Below, one piece after another: positions 25,701-36,465 of a DNA stretch of 64,000 nucleotides. The position numbers were made by a program, and so were the translations under genes. The DNA is from Piromyces finnis finn (lineage: Eukaryota > Fungi > Neocallimastigomycota): contig MCFH01000006.1 of NCBI GenBank assembly GCA_002104945.1, positions 372,001-436,000 on the forward strand. Reading direction: 5' to 3'. A model generated the notes under the pieces. It was given only the letters and a program-made list of their open reading frames with translations. It was not told the origin of the DNA and did not search any database. The first letter of the stretch is position 1. Each line of letters opens with the position of its first letter.

Positions 25701-27279
25701 TGAATGGGCATTGTATAATGAAATGGAATTTGGTATCCAGAAATGTTCAACGATGGTGATTCGTCCTGAATCAATAGAAAATCAGAACAAGAGAGATCCA
25801 ACATTTTACTTAGCAGGACAACCCATTCCAACTACTGATTGTTATACTTATCTTGGTGTTCCATTTGATAAGAATCTGTCCCTTAAACCAGTTATTAAAG
25901 CTCTTAATAACAAGGTTTTGAAAGGGCTTTTCTCAGTCAGTAAATTCTTAAGAAATCCTAATATTCCTATTCCCTTCAAAAAGCTAGTACTTAACTCACA
26001 AGTGATTAGCAGAGTTTCATACTTTGCACCATTACTTGGATCCAACAAAGCTAGGTCTAGGATTGCTCAGAAGCATGTTAACAAAGGAGTACGATGGGTT
26101 GCCGGAGTTCATAAAGCTGTATCGTTTATATCTTTATACTCTATCTCAAAAGATTTGAATATTCCTCCATTGTCAGCCAAATGTGCGTTAGCTCAGGTTA
26201 GATGTTTTAACAAATGGAAAAACTCAAATTGTATTATCTCACACCTTGTCAATTACATTCCTAAATTTAGAAAATACACGTGGTGCAAATCAAGTAGGAC
26301 ACTTGATAAAAAACTAAAGAAACATGGAGATGTTAAAGCAGTTAAAAACTTTTATTGGAAAGATCTCAAAGGGAATTCAATCAAAGCGCAATATTATGAT
26401 GATAATAAGTTTATTGAAACTAAAGATTTTATTAAATTATGTTATGAGTACCCAGAGTTTGCCTATGGCTTCTACTGGCTATTGAAAGCAAGAAGCGGAT
26501 ACAAGTTGGATGCTAGAGTTGCCAAAGCTGCTAAATTTGTTGATCCAGTTTGTCCTAACTACTGTCCATGTTGCAAGTGTGGTGTTCAAAGTATTAAACA
26601 TTGGTTATTAGATTGTCCAACATTTAGAGATATCCGTATTAAACATTATGATTCTATAGTCCAGCTACTAAATTTTTTCAGTCAACGTAATTCCAATAGT
26701 CCTTTCAATAATAATGAAAATGTTAATATCAGTAGAGATAGCAATAACATTAATAGTAATAGTAACAATAGTAGTAATAACAATAGTAATAGTAACAATA
26801 GTAATAATAACAATAGTAGTAATAGAAATAGTAATAATAACAATAGTAGTTATAGAAATAATAATACTAGTAATGATAGCAATAGTGAAGATAATAATTC
26901 TAATTTAGATAGTAATTTAGTTAATGATAGTAATAGTTCTAATAATCCGGTGAATATTAATGTGTATGATTATTCTAGTGTGTGCAGTAAAATATTTAAA
27001 TTCCTTCTTGGGGGAAGAAGTTTTAACAATATTAATTACAATTCAAGGGAATGGAAAGAACTTTGTAAGCGTCAGATTCAATCTGGTACTAATGAAGGAA
27101 CACCATTCTTGACGGTAACCGCGGAACTTCTAACCAAAATCATGCCTTTTGCTATTGGCCAGCAATGGTCAATGTTCAAAAGGTTTGAAGCAACATCCAA
27201 GAGCGTCAATGCTGAAGAAACAGTAAGACAGGCCAGGAGGGCCAGCGCAACCAATGGAGATCATAATTTTGTTCCATGA
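22711..27279 (+). CDS. Single ORF of non-LTR retrotransposon: N-terminal RRM-like region, APE endonuclease, reverse transcriptase, CCHC knuckle (1522 aa)
   Basis: APE motifs SWNTNG, FQET, GDFN, IDHAL, SDHKP; RT motifs KASGPDGIP, QFGFRK, FLDLRKAYDSV, GVRQGCPLSP, FADD, YLGV; C-terminal CPCC...HWLLDC. RRM assignment is inference. Confidence 0.96.
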   Translation: MSVLYIKDKNYIRRGTRSYGIPLDDIRSFFIRGIRSWSVNMLWEKLEVILEDKFNSVISVKYFQTFNDHFFLVKVHGSSKDCIKILHMLKKKLSVTSISFSARSRRNHKYTFSTLKRKILVSNKHQHSIQQSFQQSVQQSVQQSVQQSHQQSDLQQDLQQDLQQVSHHENIPDLQQTQFQSQHSTINSNSSINSDNSSIVDSSSVSQPSSNSSTYSSDASSINNDDLDNNNNSNDSSSSNKPDNFSFCLSWNTNGWNHEKRDSISYFTAIFKPLFLCFQETGNGSGSNTDYPCRVTLRNYRHFFKKADESVPGMRGLYLGFHNSCQASLENFSGKYIISIYTFSLWNRFKCSIGNVYMPHSHHNIYVDHAKLEVRLWLQTHSSHPSILVGDFNMSKVKLSNWLSTNGLGDWEILPLRGSTISWTRGDQSSDIDHALINSKMKDLIHSGSFINNFYPVSDHKPLLINGKIIPMEDFSNDFNVPKKILKWNRLKCIEEKESILSHNKFQILSAKFNDPNVSTDELSKVFTSTAFSIADELSITSANNVIKSSFHISQQIFNLQKIKMKLYKRFKKERIYDIDEFIKRIKIYRKLIDYIHKRCNEFRKQEYLHWIKTGCEYMKSHNPKKAWKWIKKTAKIGKDSFFIAQPIKNKNGELVVATEEQLDVWHDHFENLASDPSGVSLDLEHWYEEPTNKRFSLPMLDEWDINQDISIDEVKSAILSTPNYKASGPDGIPIEFYKALIPSSNDSNNATDNNSSGNTTSDNDAYGLNFILKLFNRIWDGDFPNSWNESSIVSIPKKGDLTDCDNYRGISLINNGIKLISKIVTTRISEYGLKNNFIRPEQFGFRKKEESISLFISIQEICRRRQLDNKETYLAFLDLRKAYDSVPIGNILHKLDCLGIRGKSLQFIKNLYLTSKANVKLDGQFSKSFDVKKGVRQGCPLSPILFNLFINDIFRECEDLGVSLGDTRCCGGLFADDIVICAPTRGCLKKMLRRVNEWALYNEMEFGIQKCSTMVIRPESIENQNKRDPTFYLAGQPIPTTDCYTYLGVPFDKNLSLKPVIKALNNKVLKGLFSVSKFLRNPNIPIPFKKLVLNSQVISRVSYFAPLLGSNKARSRIAQKHVNKGVRWVAGVHKAVSFISLYSISKDLNIPPLSAKCALAQVRCFNKWKNSNCIISHLVNYIPKFRKYTWCKSSRTLDKKLKKHGDVKAVKNFYWKDLKGNSIKAQYYDDNKFIETKDFIKLCYEYPEFAYGFYWLLKARSGYKLDARVAKAAKFVDPVCPNYCPCCKCGVQSIKHWLLDCPTFRDIRIKHYDSIVQLLNFFSQRNSNSPFNNNENVNISRDSNNINSNSNNSSNNNSNSNNSNNNNSSNRNSNNNNSSYRNNNTSNDSNSEDNNSNLDSNLVNDSNSSNNPVNINVYDYSSVCSKIFKFLLGGRSFNNINYNSREWKELCKRQIQSGTNEGTPFLTVTAELLTKIMPFAIGQQWSMFKRFEATSKSVNAEETVRQARRASATNGDHNFVP

Positions 27280-27516
27280 CAAAATTTTGATCTTTGGCTT
27301 GGTGTCCCATTGGAAGTCAAATACAATTATTATACTTTAGTATGATAGTGGCTTTCTTACTTTAATTAAAATTACTAGAATACATTATACCCAATTTTTA
27401 TTCATTTGTGTTTATTTAAACATATTTTTTTTATTTTTATTTTTATTTTTTAATTTTTTATTACATGTATTATAATTTTAATTAAATTAATAATAAAGTT
27501 TAAAATATTTGATGCC

Positions 27517-27555
<39 letters not shown>

Positions 27556-27556
<1 letters not shown>

Positions 27557-28418
27557 CGAATTGCTATTGCCAGTAATAGAGTTACTCCTGACTGCCCTCG
27601 TGTCTGTCCATGTTGCGGATATGACGAACAATCTTTTTACCATTGGATATTAGAATGTTCTGCATTCTCTGAATACAGAGCTTCTTCACTTAGCTTTCTT
27701 GACGATCTTTTTACCCTTTTTTACAATAAATATAAGAATCAATTCATCACATACTTACTCTCCGAAACGGAAGTAAGAAAAACAATTTATAACTATATTT
27801 TTACGTTCCTTCTTGGTGGAACTTTAGCTTATGATGAGCTACAAATCGATAAGGCGGAACAAAGACATTTGAATGAACAGCTTTACAGTTCATCGGGGTC
27901 TCATGTTCCATATGTAGAGGGTCTCGCGGCTTTTCTTATTAAAACAATCCCTATCATTAGTAGCTCTATGAAGCTACTTTTTGATAGGTTTAGTAAGACA
28001 CCAAACGTAATCAAGAGCGCCAACGTCGTACCGATATGGCAAAGGAACATTCCCAATGTTCCGTACACAGGGTTCAATGTTAGTATTTCTTCGAATGAAA
28101 ACATTATGAACTCATGGGAGAGTTTAGTGGACACCACACTATCATACTTGATGTTACTTCTTTTTTTTATTTCATTTAATTTATTAGGTAGGGACCAATC
28201 CTACACAATACAAATTGCAGAGTTCATTGAACTTTTATGCAACTTAAATAATTATTTTATATTATTTTATATTTTATATTTTTATTTATATATATTTTAT
28301 TATTTTTCTTTATTATTTATTATATCAATATGTATTATCACCTAATATTATGTAATATCACAAATTAGATAAGTAAATAAAAAATATGTATTCTCTTCCT
28401 AGTCTAAAAAAAAAAAAA
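27556..28418 (+). mobile_element. 5'-truncated fragment of a second, diverged LINE family (family B)
   Basis: Encodes a CCHC region (CPRVCPCC...HWILEC) and FLLGG/PY...FL motifs homologous to but far from family A; own 3' UTR and poly(A) 28406-28418. Confidence 0.85.
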
Positions 28419-29243
28419 CATTGAGCGATATCCGTATTAAACATTACAATTGCATAGTCCAGCTATTAAATTTTTTCAATCAACGTAATTTCAACAGTCC
28501 TATCAATAATAATGAAAATGTTAATATCAGTAGAGATAGCAATAATATTAATAGTAATAGTAACAATGGTAGTAGTATAAATAATAATATTAGTAATGAT
28601 AGCAATAGTGAAGATAATAATTCTAATTTAGATAGTAATTTAGATAATAATAGTAATAGTTCTAATAATCCGGTGAATACTAATGTGTATGATTATTCTA
28701 GTGTGTGCAGTAAAATATTTAAATTCCTTCTTGGGGGAAGAAGTTTAAACAATATCAATTACAATTCAAGGGAATGAAAAGAACTTTGCAAGTGTCAGAT
28801 TCAATCTGGCACTAACGAAGGAACACCATTCTTGACGGTAACCGCGGAACTTCTAACCAAAATCATGCCTTTTGCTATTGGCCAGCAATGGTCAATGTTC
28901 AAAAGGTTTGAAGCAACATCCAAGAGCGTCAATGCTGAAGAAACAGTAAGACAGGCCGGGAGGGCCAGCGCAACCAATGTAGATCATAATTTTGACCTAT
29001 GACAAAATTTTGATCTTTGGCTCGGTGTCCCATTGGAAGTCAAATACAATTATTATACTTTAGTATCATATTGGCTTTCTTACTTTAATTAATATTACTA
29101 GAATACATTATATCCAATTTTTATTCATTTGGGTTTATTTAAACATATTTTTTTTTTTATTTTTATTTTAATTTTTGTTTTTCATAACACGTATTATAAT
29201 TTTAATAAAGTTTAAAAATATTTGATGCCGTTAAAAAAAAAAA
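28419..29243 (+). mobile_element. 5'-truncated family A copy (3' end only), degenerate
   Basis: Aligns to about 26622-27530 with substitutions and a TGG to TGA stop; ends GATGCCGTT plus poly(A) 29233-29243. Confidence 0.92.
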
Positions 29244-30713
29244 GTGGCTCTACTCATGCTCATGATATTGAGAGTGTAGAAATAAATCAAAATATTGCGC
29301 AATGGATGCTTGATTAATCTTTAAAGGAAAAATATATGGACTCAGCTCATGGTATTGAGCGATTAAAAACATTTATCCATCGAATTTAAGTATTTGATGG
29401 ATAAGTTGAATATTTAGTGTTCAGGTAAGTTTGTATAGTATTTAATAAGAAGAGTAATACATTTTGTTGCTGTATTTATTATCTTATTCATACAATCATG
29501 TAGTACTACTCTTTTCTTGTAAGAATCCAATGTAGTCAACTTTAGCATTTACATTGTATTTTTATATTCATGTAGCTATTGTTGCATTATTTCTTGTAAG
29601 AGATTGATTCACTCTACATCATGTAAAAATACTATTCACAAGCTTTCTGATGTCGACATTCTTGATTCAAATTTTTTTACCAATTTAAATATTTAATGAA
29701 AAGTAAAGTCAAATAATTTTTAGTGTCAAAAAACGAATCGAATTTACTAACAACAAACCAAAACTAGAATTTTTAAAGAAAATTTACAACTAGAATTCAA
29801 AAAAAAGAAACTTTAAACAAAGCATCGTAACAATTTTTGTATTATCCAGTACTTTTAAGAAGAGAGAGAGAGACAGATTTTTTCCATATACTTTATATTT
29901 ATAATTTTTATTAGTATTTATTTTATATTCAATATTTTTAATTAGAATTAATTATCATGTCAGTCCTTTATATTAAAGATAAGAATTATATTAGATGTGG
30001 TACCCGGTCTTATGGTATCCTCTTAGATGATATTCGCTCCTTCTTTATCCGTGGTATTCGATCATGGTCAGTAAATATGCTATGGGAAAAACTCGAGGTT
30101 ATTCTAGAAGATAAATTTAATTCAGTTATTAGTGTTAAATATTTTCAGACTCTCAATGATCACTTTTTCTTAGTCAAGGTTCATGGTTCATCGAAAGATT
30201 GTATTAAAATCTTACACATGTTAAAAGAAGAAACTTTCCGTTGTCTCAATTTCCTTTTCAGCTCGTAGTAGAAGGAATCACAAATACACTTTTTCAACAC
30301 TCAAATGTAAAAATTTTAGTTTCTAATAAACATCAACAATCAATTCAACCGTCAGTTCAACAGTCTCATCAACAATCAGACATTTAACAAAATTTTCAAT
30401 ATGAAAATATTCCAGATTTACAACAAACACAATTTCAACCTCAACATTCAACAATTAATTCTAATAGTTCTATCAACTCTGATAACAGTTCAATGGTTGA
30501 TAGTTTTTCAGTTACACAGCTCTTAATAACAAAGTTTTGAAAGGATTTTTCTCAGTTAGTAAATTCTTAAGGAATCCTAATATTCCTATTCCTTTCAAAA
30601 AAGCTAGTACTTAACTCACTAATGATCAACAGAGTTTCATACTTTGCACCATTACTTGGATCCAACAAAGCTAGGCCTAGGATTGCTCAGAAGCATGTGA
30701 ACAAAGGAATACG
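29244..30713 (+). mobile_element. Older family A copy: partial 5' UTR, frameshifted ORF start, large internal deletion, 3'-truncated
   Basis: 29957 MSVLYIKDKNY... with frameshift; jumps at AGC (30518-30520) from the N-terminal region (about 23330 equivalent) to the post-RT region (about 25900 equivalent); homology stops at 30713. Confidence 0.9.
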
Positions 30714-31999
30714 TACTTTACCGGTAAATAATAGCCTTCATGATCAAGATATGGACTTCTATCGTTCCCATTAATTTTATACCGCCAAATGGTTATACCA
30801 AGTGGATCGTATAAGGTTAAACCATCGTAACTTCCTGATTTTCTTTGGTTACTGGTACTTATGACAAGATAGGATGTTTCCGATACTTTATTTCAACCAT
30901 TCCCATTCCAACCAACAATAAAATGTTGGTGTTCCGATTTGATGTTTTGACCAGAGTACTACATTTCCAACTTTAAAATGATTTAGTAAAGTCAGGTAAA
31001 TCTGGATTATCCATATAATTTACATCTTTGAACTTTTCACCATAGATTCCTACGGGTTTAAACATTTCTTCGCCACTTGTTAATGCTTCAAGATGATTAA
31101 GACTTGATATTCTGAAAAATACGTTACTACATCGAGTATATGTTGTATTTGTATTTAATAGTTCCACATCACCCTTACTAAAAATAAGATTATTATTCTT
31201 CATAGTTAACTTCACTGAATGTTGGGTTACATGATCTCCACCTAGACTGGTAATAATACCTAATATTTGACCAAACTCTAAGAAATAATCATGATTTAAA
31301 ATTGAAGGATAGGATGGTCGTAAACTTTCAGAGAGTCTTGTGAATTCATTCTCTTCAGGAATGAATAGATATTCTTCAGTATTTTCCTTACATTCTAACA
31401 GAAATGATTTGTAATCTTCATTTTTGTAAAGTGGAATCTCAAGCTCCTTTTTTAATATACTTCATATTGTTTTATCATCCACATCAATACATCAATATTA
31501 ACTATACATCTAGAATGGATATTAGTTTTAGTCTTTTCATTATAATCGTAGCATGATGCAATTTGTACGTATCGTGCTACTTTCTTATATAATAATATTT
31601 GACATGGATTATTACCTCTATTATTTATTGTGTCGGTAATTGTGTAGGATATTGAGCTTGATCTTCTTATATCAACTCCAGAAGTTATTGAATTTTCATT
31701 ACCAACAGATGTTGATTCACTCTTTCCAGTAGAGTGTCCAATTTCACTTGCTTTTGATTTATTATTTCCTTTAGTGGTTGATTTTGATTGAATTCATACT
31801 GACTTTGAACCACCATTGACTTTTGTAACACTTTCAGATTCGGAAATAGAATCACTTTCTTCTTTAGAACTTCCCAATTTTCTATGTTATCTTCGGAAAC
31901 AGAACTTGATAAAGCTTCTTCTACCATTTCTGAAATAGTTTTACTAAGATTTTTAGACAATGTGTCTTCTGAATGATTTTATCCATTAAATTGAAGCAT
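30714..31999 (-). pseudogene. Degraded intronless coding sequence of unknown origin
   Basis: ATG at 31999 in frame (one stop) with ORF 31685-31960; further long open stretches incl. 30973-31215 and upstream LKKELEIPLYKNEDY...; several stops and frameshifts; coding-like composition; no motif recognised. Confidence 0.5.
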
Positions 32000-32570
32000 T
32001 TATTTGTACCTCTCAGTACTTTTATTAAGAAGAAAGAGACAAATGAAAATTTTCTTTTCATTATATTTACAATTTTTATTAGTAATTTGTTTTGCGTTTA
32101 TCAATTACTTTCCTATTAGAATTAATTATTATTTCTGCTATTTACGTAAAAAATAAGAATTTTATCATACGAAGTACCCTGCGCTTGTGTTATCTCATTA
32201 GATATCATTAACTCTTTTTTTTTTTTTATTTGTGATATTTGCTCATGATCAGTCAATAAACTATAGAAAAAAAACTCAAGGTCATATTGAAGGATAAATT
32301 TATGTTGGATAGTAATGTTAAGTATTTAAAGAATTTCAATGATTAGTTTTTCTTAGTTAAGGTTTATGTTTCAAAGGAAATATATAAAGAAATTTTCAAT
32401 AGATTCTATTTTTTTTTTTTATTTTTTTTTTTGTAGTAGAAAAAATCATAAATATACCTATTCTTTATTCAAACGTAAATTTTTAGTTTTTATTAAACAT
32501 TAACAACATTTAATTTAATACAACTATCCTATTAACATAAAAAATTAACAAAAATATTAATCAAGATTTT
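31994..32570 (+). mobile_element. Ancient, heavily decayed relic of a family A-like 5' UTR end and ORF start
   Basis: Colinear similarity to 22560-23100 (e.g. CAGTACTTTT..AAGAAGA, ATTAGAATT.ATT, GATAAGAATT..ATCA..CG.GTACCC, GAAGATAAATT, TCAAACGTAAA.TTTTAGTTT). Confidence 0.7.
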
Positions 32571-35500
32571 CAACATTAAATACATCATTCATTAAATATA
32601 TAATAACATAAGTCTTTCAAAAAATTTAATTCAATTATTTATATTGAATAAATTCTTCAAGAGAACCACAAAAACAATAATAAAAAAAAAAAAGGGTTTA
32701 TTAATAATTATTTATTTATAACAAAGTTAATCAATAAAACATTTTATTTATATAAATAATAATAATAATAATTATAAAAAAGGCAATTGCTCATATTTAT
32801 AATATTAAGAAATCTAAAAGCCTCATTATTTATTATTATTTTATTTTTTATCTTTTATAAAAATAAAATCATTAAACTTCTTCAGATTATTTAAGGATAA
32901 ATTCAAAAAAAAAAAAAAAAAAAAAGAAAAAGAAAATTCTTTTAATTAAAATAATTAAAAAATTAATTTATCTAACTTTAATTAATAATTTTTTATTATA
33001 AATTAAAAAATAAGGAATAAAGAAATAAAGAAAAGTTTTTTTTTTTACTCATTAAATATTAAAATATGTATATTTAACTTTAAATAAAAGAATTTATTAG
33101 TATTATAATATCCATAATGATAATAATAATATTCTTTTTAGTATTTAATAATTATGAATATGTAGAAAAGATAAAAAATTATACTCAAATTTTTTTTTAT
33201 TTATTAATGTATATATATATATGGAAAAAATTAGTAATAAAGATGTCATTCATTTTTAAATGTTACAACGAAAATACTTGGAAATTTTTATTAATTAATT
33301 ATTAAATTAAATGTTTTAATTTTTTATTTTATATATTAAAAAATAAAGTGTAAATAATAATAAAAAGAAAAAATGGAAAAAAATTCAGTTTGATCTAATT
33401 ATTTTTTTTTTGTGATTGGATGGCAAAACACAAACTTAAAAAAAAAAAAAAGATGTATAAAAAGAAGTAAAAATTTTTAGTTTTTAAAAATTTGAAAACA
33501 AAAAACAAAAAACAAAAACAAAAACAAAAAACAAAAAATCAAAAACAAAATAAAAATAAAAACAAAATAATAAAAATATCAATAATTAAGAGTTAAAAAC
33601 TAAAAATGAATTTTAAAAAAATTAGTTTTATTCTTCCATTATTTTGTTTAAACCTAAAGGTTTTTGCTGGACCTGTTGTAGGAGAAGTAGATCTTTCATC
33701 TGATAACGAATCCGATAATGAGGTTTTCTCAGTTGGAGAAGATATTGATTTAAGTGGGGATGGTGTTAAAATTGTTGATATATTTTCTGATGATGAAAGC
33801 ACTGTTACTGATATAATTGATTCTACTATAGAAGAGGTAAAAAAAAAAATTAATAATTATAATATTACATGATAAAAATAGTATTAATGATAATAAGATA
33901 ATATTAGTACTGTTAAATTCTAAAAATTCTAATAATTAAAAACAATATCATCATACTATATATATAAAGTGTTCAAGTGAAGAATGTATTCAAACTTCTA
34001 AAAGAATTCTAAATAAAATGGATATTTCGATAAACCCATGTGATGATTTTTATCATTTTGCCTGTGGTGGATGGGAAGTAAGTATTATAAAATTTGAATA
34101 TTATTGAAAACATTATATATTTTTAAACCATGTTTAAATTTTATTAATATAATAATACATCTTTATATATATATAAGAGTAAAGCTATTTCAAATGAAAT
34201 TGATAATAAAAATGAATTTGAAAAGCTTAGTGAGAAGGTCGATGTAAGTAACCAATTATAAAAATATAAATAAATAAAAATAATTTATATAAATGATATA
34301 TAGATAATATATATATTGTACATGTATAAAAAATCTATATATAATTATTAAATCATTTCTAAATTATTATGTAAATTATACTAGAATGAAATTATTGAAA
34401 TCCTTAAAGGTGAATATAAAGTTGATGAAAAGTTGAGTCAAGAGGATCAAGAATATGATGAAAAAAATTACAAAAAAGTAAAAGATATTTTCAATTTTTG
34501 TATGAAAAGCGAATCAAATGAATCATACCCAAATGAACATTTAAAAAATTTTGTTAAAAATCTTAATATTACAGAAAACTTGGAAACATTAAAAGAAAGA
34601 GAATCACTTACAAAAATGATGACTAAACTTCAACTTAATGGTGTTGAGCCATTTATTTATTTTTTTCCAGATAGACAACCATCCATTTCAAAGAATGTAA
34701 TCATGACTCTATATGTTTCAGAAGAAATGACCATACATTCTTATATGCATTACTTAATTAAAAAAGCTCCAAAAATAATACCATTATATAAAGAGTTTAT
34801 TAAAAATATTTATACCAGTATTATTGGAAATAGACCTGATATTGATTTAGTTGTTGATAAAATTTATGAAACTGAGAATAAAATTAGTGAAATATTGTAA
34901 AGTATTAAAAAGAAATTTCAATTTTTTTTATTATAAATTTATTATTGTTTTTTATAAATAATATCATTATGAAAATAAATATTAATCATAAACAAATTTT
35001 TGTTTAATAAGCATTAATAATAATTTTGAAGATTATGAATATCTTACATTAAAACAATTAAATGAAAAATACACCTTTATAAATTGGGATTTATATTTAA
35101 ATAATATTTTTGAATATTATAATTTGAGTACTATCATCAACAGTGATATGTTAATTTACAACCCATTGCCAAAGCTTTATGAAGAAATTAATAATGTAAT
35201 TAGTGAACTTTCTGCTGATAATCTAGCTTATTATTTTGAATGGTATTGATTTTTTTTATATATATTATATTTTATAATAGTGAAAATAAACATATTTTAT
35301 TTTTATTTATTTACTTTTACTATTAGAATGAACTAATATTTTTTAAAAAATATATATAAAAAATTACATTTAATTTTAATAGGAATGCTATTTATATGGA
35401 TATATTAGATGATTATTATTCATCTGATATTTTAGAAGAATCCGATAAATTTATTGAATTATTAAGTACTATAAGTAACTATTATGAATATTATAAATAT

Positions 35501-36426
35501 TATAAAAAATGAAATGATTATTGGTAACTAATGGTTAAATTATTTATTAAATTAAGATGGTGAAGAAAATGAATTACATGTTGATGGTACTTATATCAGT
35601 CAGTTCAATTATAATAAAAGCAATTCCCTAGTAAACACTATTAAGAAAAAATACTCAAAAAGTAATTATTAATAAAAAATTAAAAAAAAAATAAAGTAGA
35701 TTTATTTAAAATACTTATTGAATATAAATATAATTAATTATTATCTTTCTTTTTTTTTTTTTTTTAAAAAAAAATAATTAGCTAAAAGCAAGCCAAATAA
35801 TAGTTATACTGAAGATGAAAATAGTGATAAAGATAATATCTGCTTAAATTATATTTATAAAACTTTGCCATTAACAGTTTCAAAATATTATGTTAGTAAT
35901 TACTTTGATGATAATAATAAAGTTATTGTTAAGCAAATGATTAATAACATTAAAGAAGCTATGATTATTAGAATAAATAAAATGGAATGGCTTGATGAAG
36001 AAACCAAGGAATATGCTATGAAGAAGGTTTCAAAAATGAAGGAAAGCATTGGATATTTTGATGATATTATGAATCCAAAAAAAATCTACCAAGAATATGA
36101 AAATTTAAATATTGATAATAAGCTTGATTTAATAATTAAAAGTAAAGTTTTAAATTATGGTTCTATTTTAAAGCTTTTTGATGACACTATATCAGTTTAT
36201 CCATATGTAAATATATAAAAATATCATATATTAATCATATAAATATATTTATTATAAATACATTCTTTTTTTATTAGTATTATATCCTATTTACAATATA
36301 ATAATTAGGAAAAACAGATTATATTATATCTAATAATTATTATTAATATCATTTTTTTTAATGAACTAAAATATTATATATATAGCATGTAAATGCATTT
36401 TATTATCCCAATACTAATTCTATTAT

Positions 36427-36429
<3 letters not shown>

Positions 36430-36465
<36 letters not shown>

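Larger units (their letters stand above)
21367..27555 (+). mobile_element. Full-length non-LTR retrotransposon (family A, copy 1) with an extra 452-bp 5' block
   Basis: 5' UTR begins CCTCTTGGGAACG (same start as copy 2); intact APE-RT ORF; 3' UTR ends GATGCCGTT plus poly(A) 27520-27555; no TSD found. Confidence 0.95.

Noticed and set aside
23309-26908. Alternative-frame and antisense ORFs inside the LINE and copia ORFs
   Set aside because: Shadows of the main frame; repeated in both LINE copies only because the copies are near-identical.
27509-27555. Poly-Lys N-terminus of the 278-aa ORF
   Set aside because: It is the poly(A) tail of copy 1 read in frame with the family B fragment, not a real protein start.
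36282-36289. ATATCCTA as a possible U12-type (AT-AC) donor in the M13 gene
   Set aside because: Imperfect match, no TCCTTAAC branch point, and a plain GT-AG intron (about 36207-36385) joins the exons in frame. No U12-type intron was found in the window's genes.
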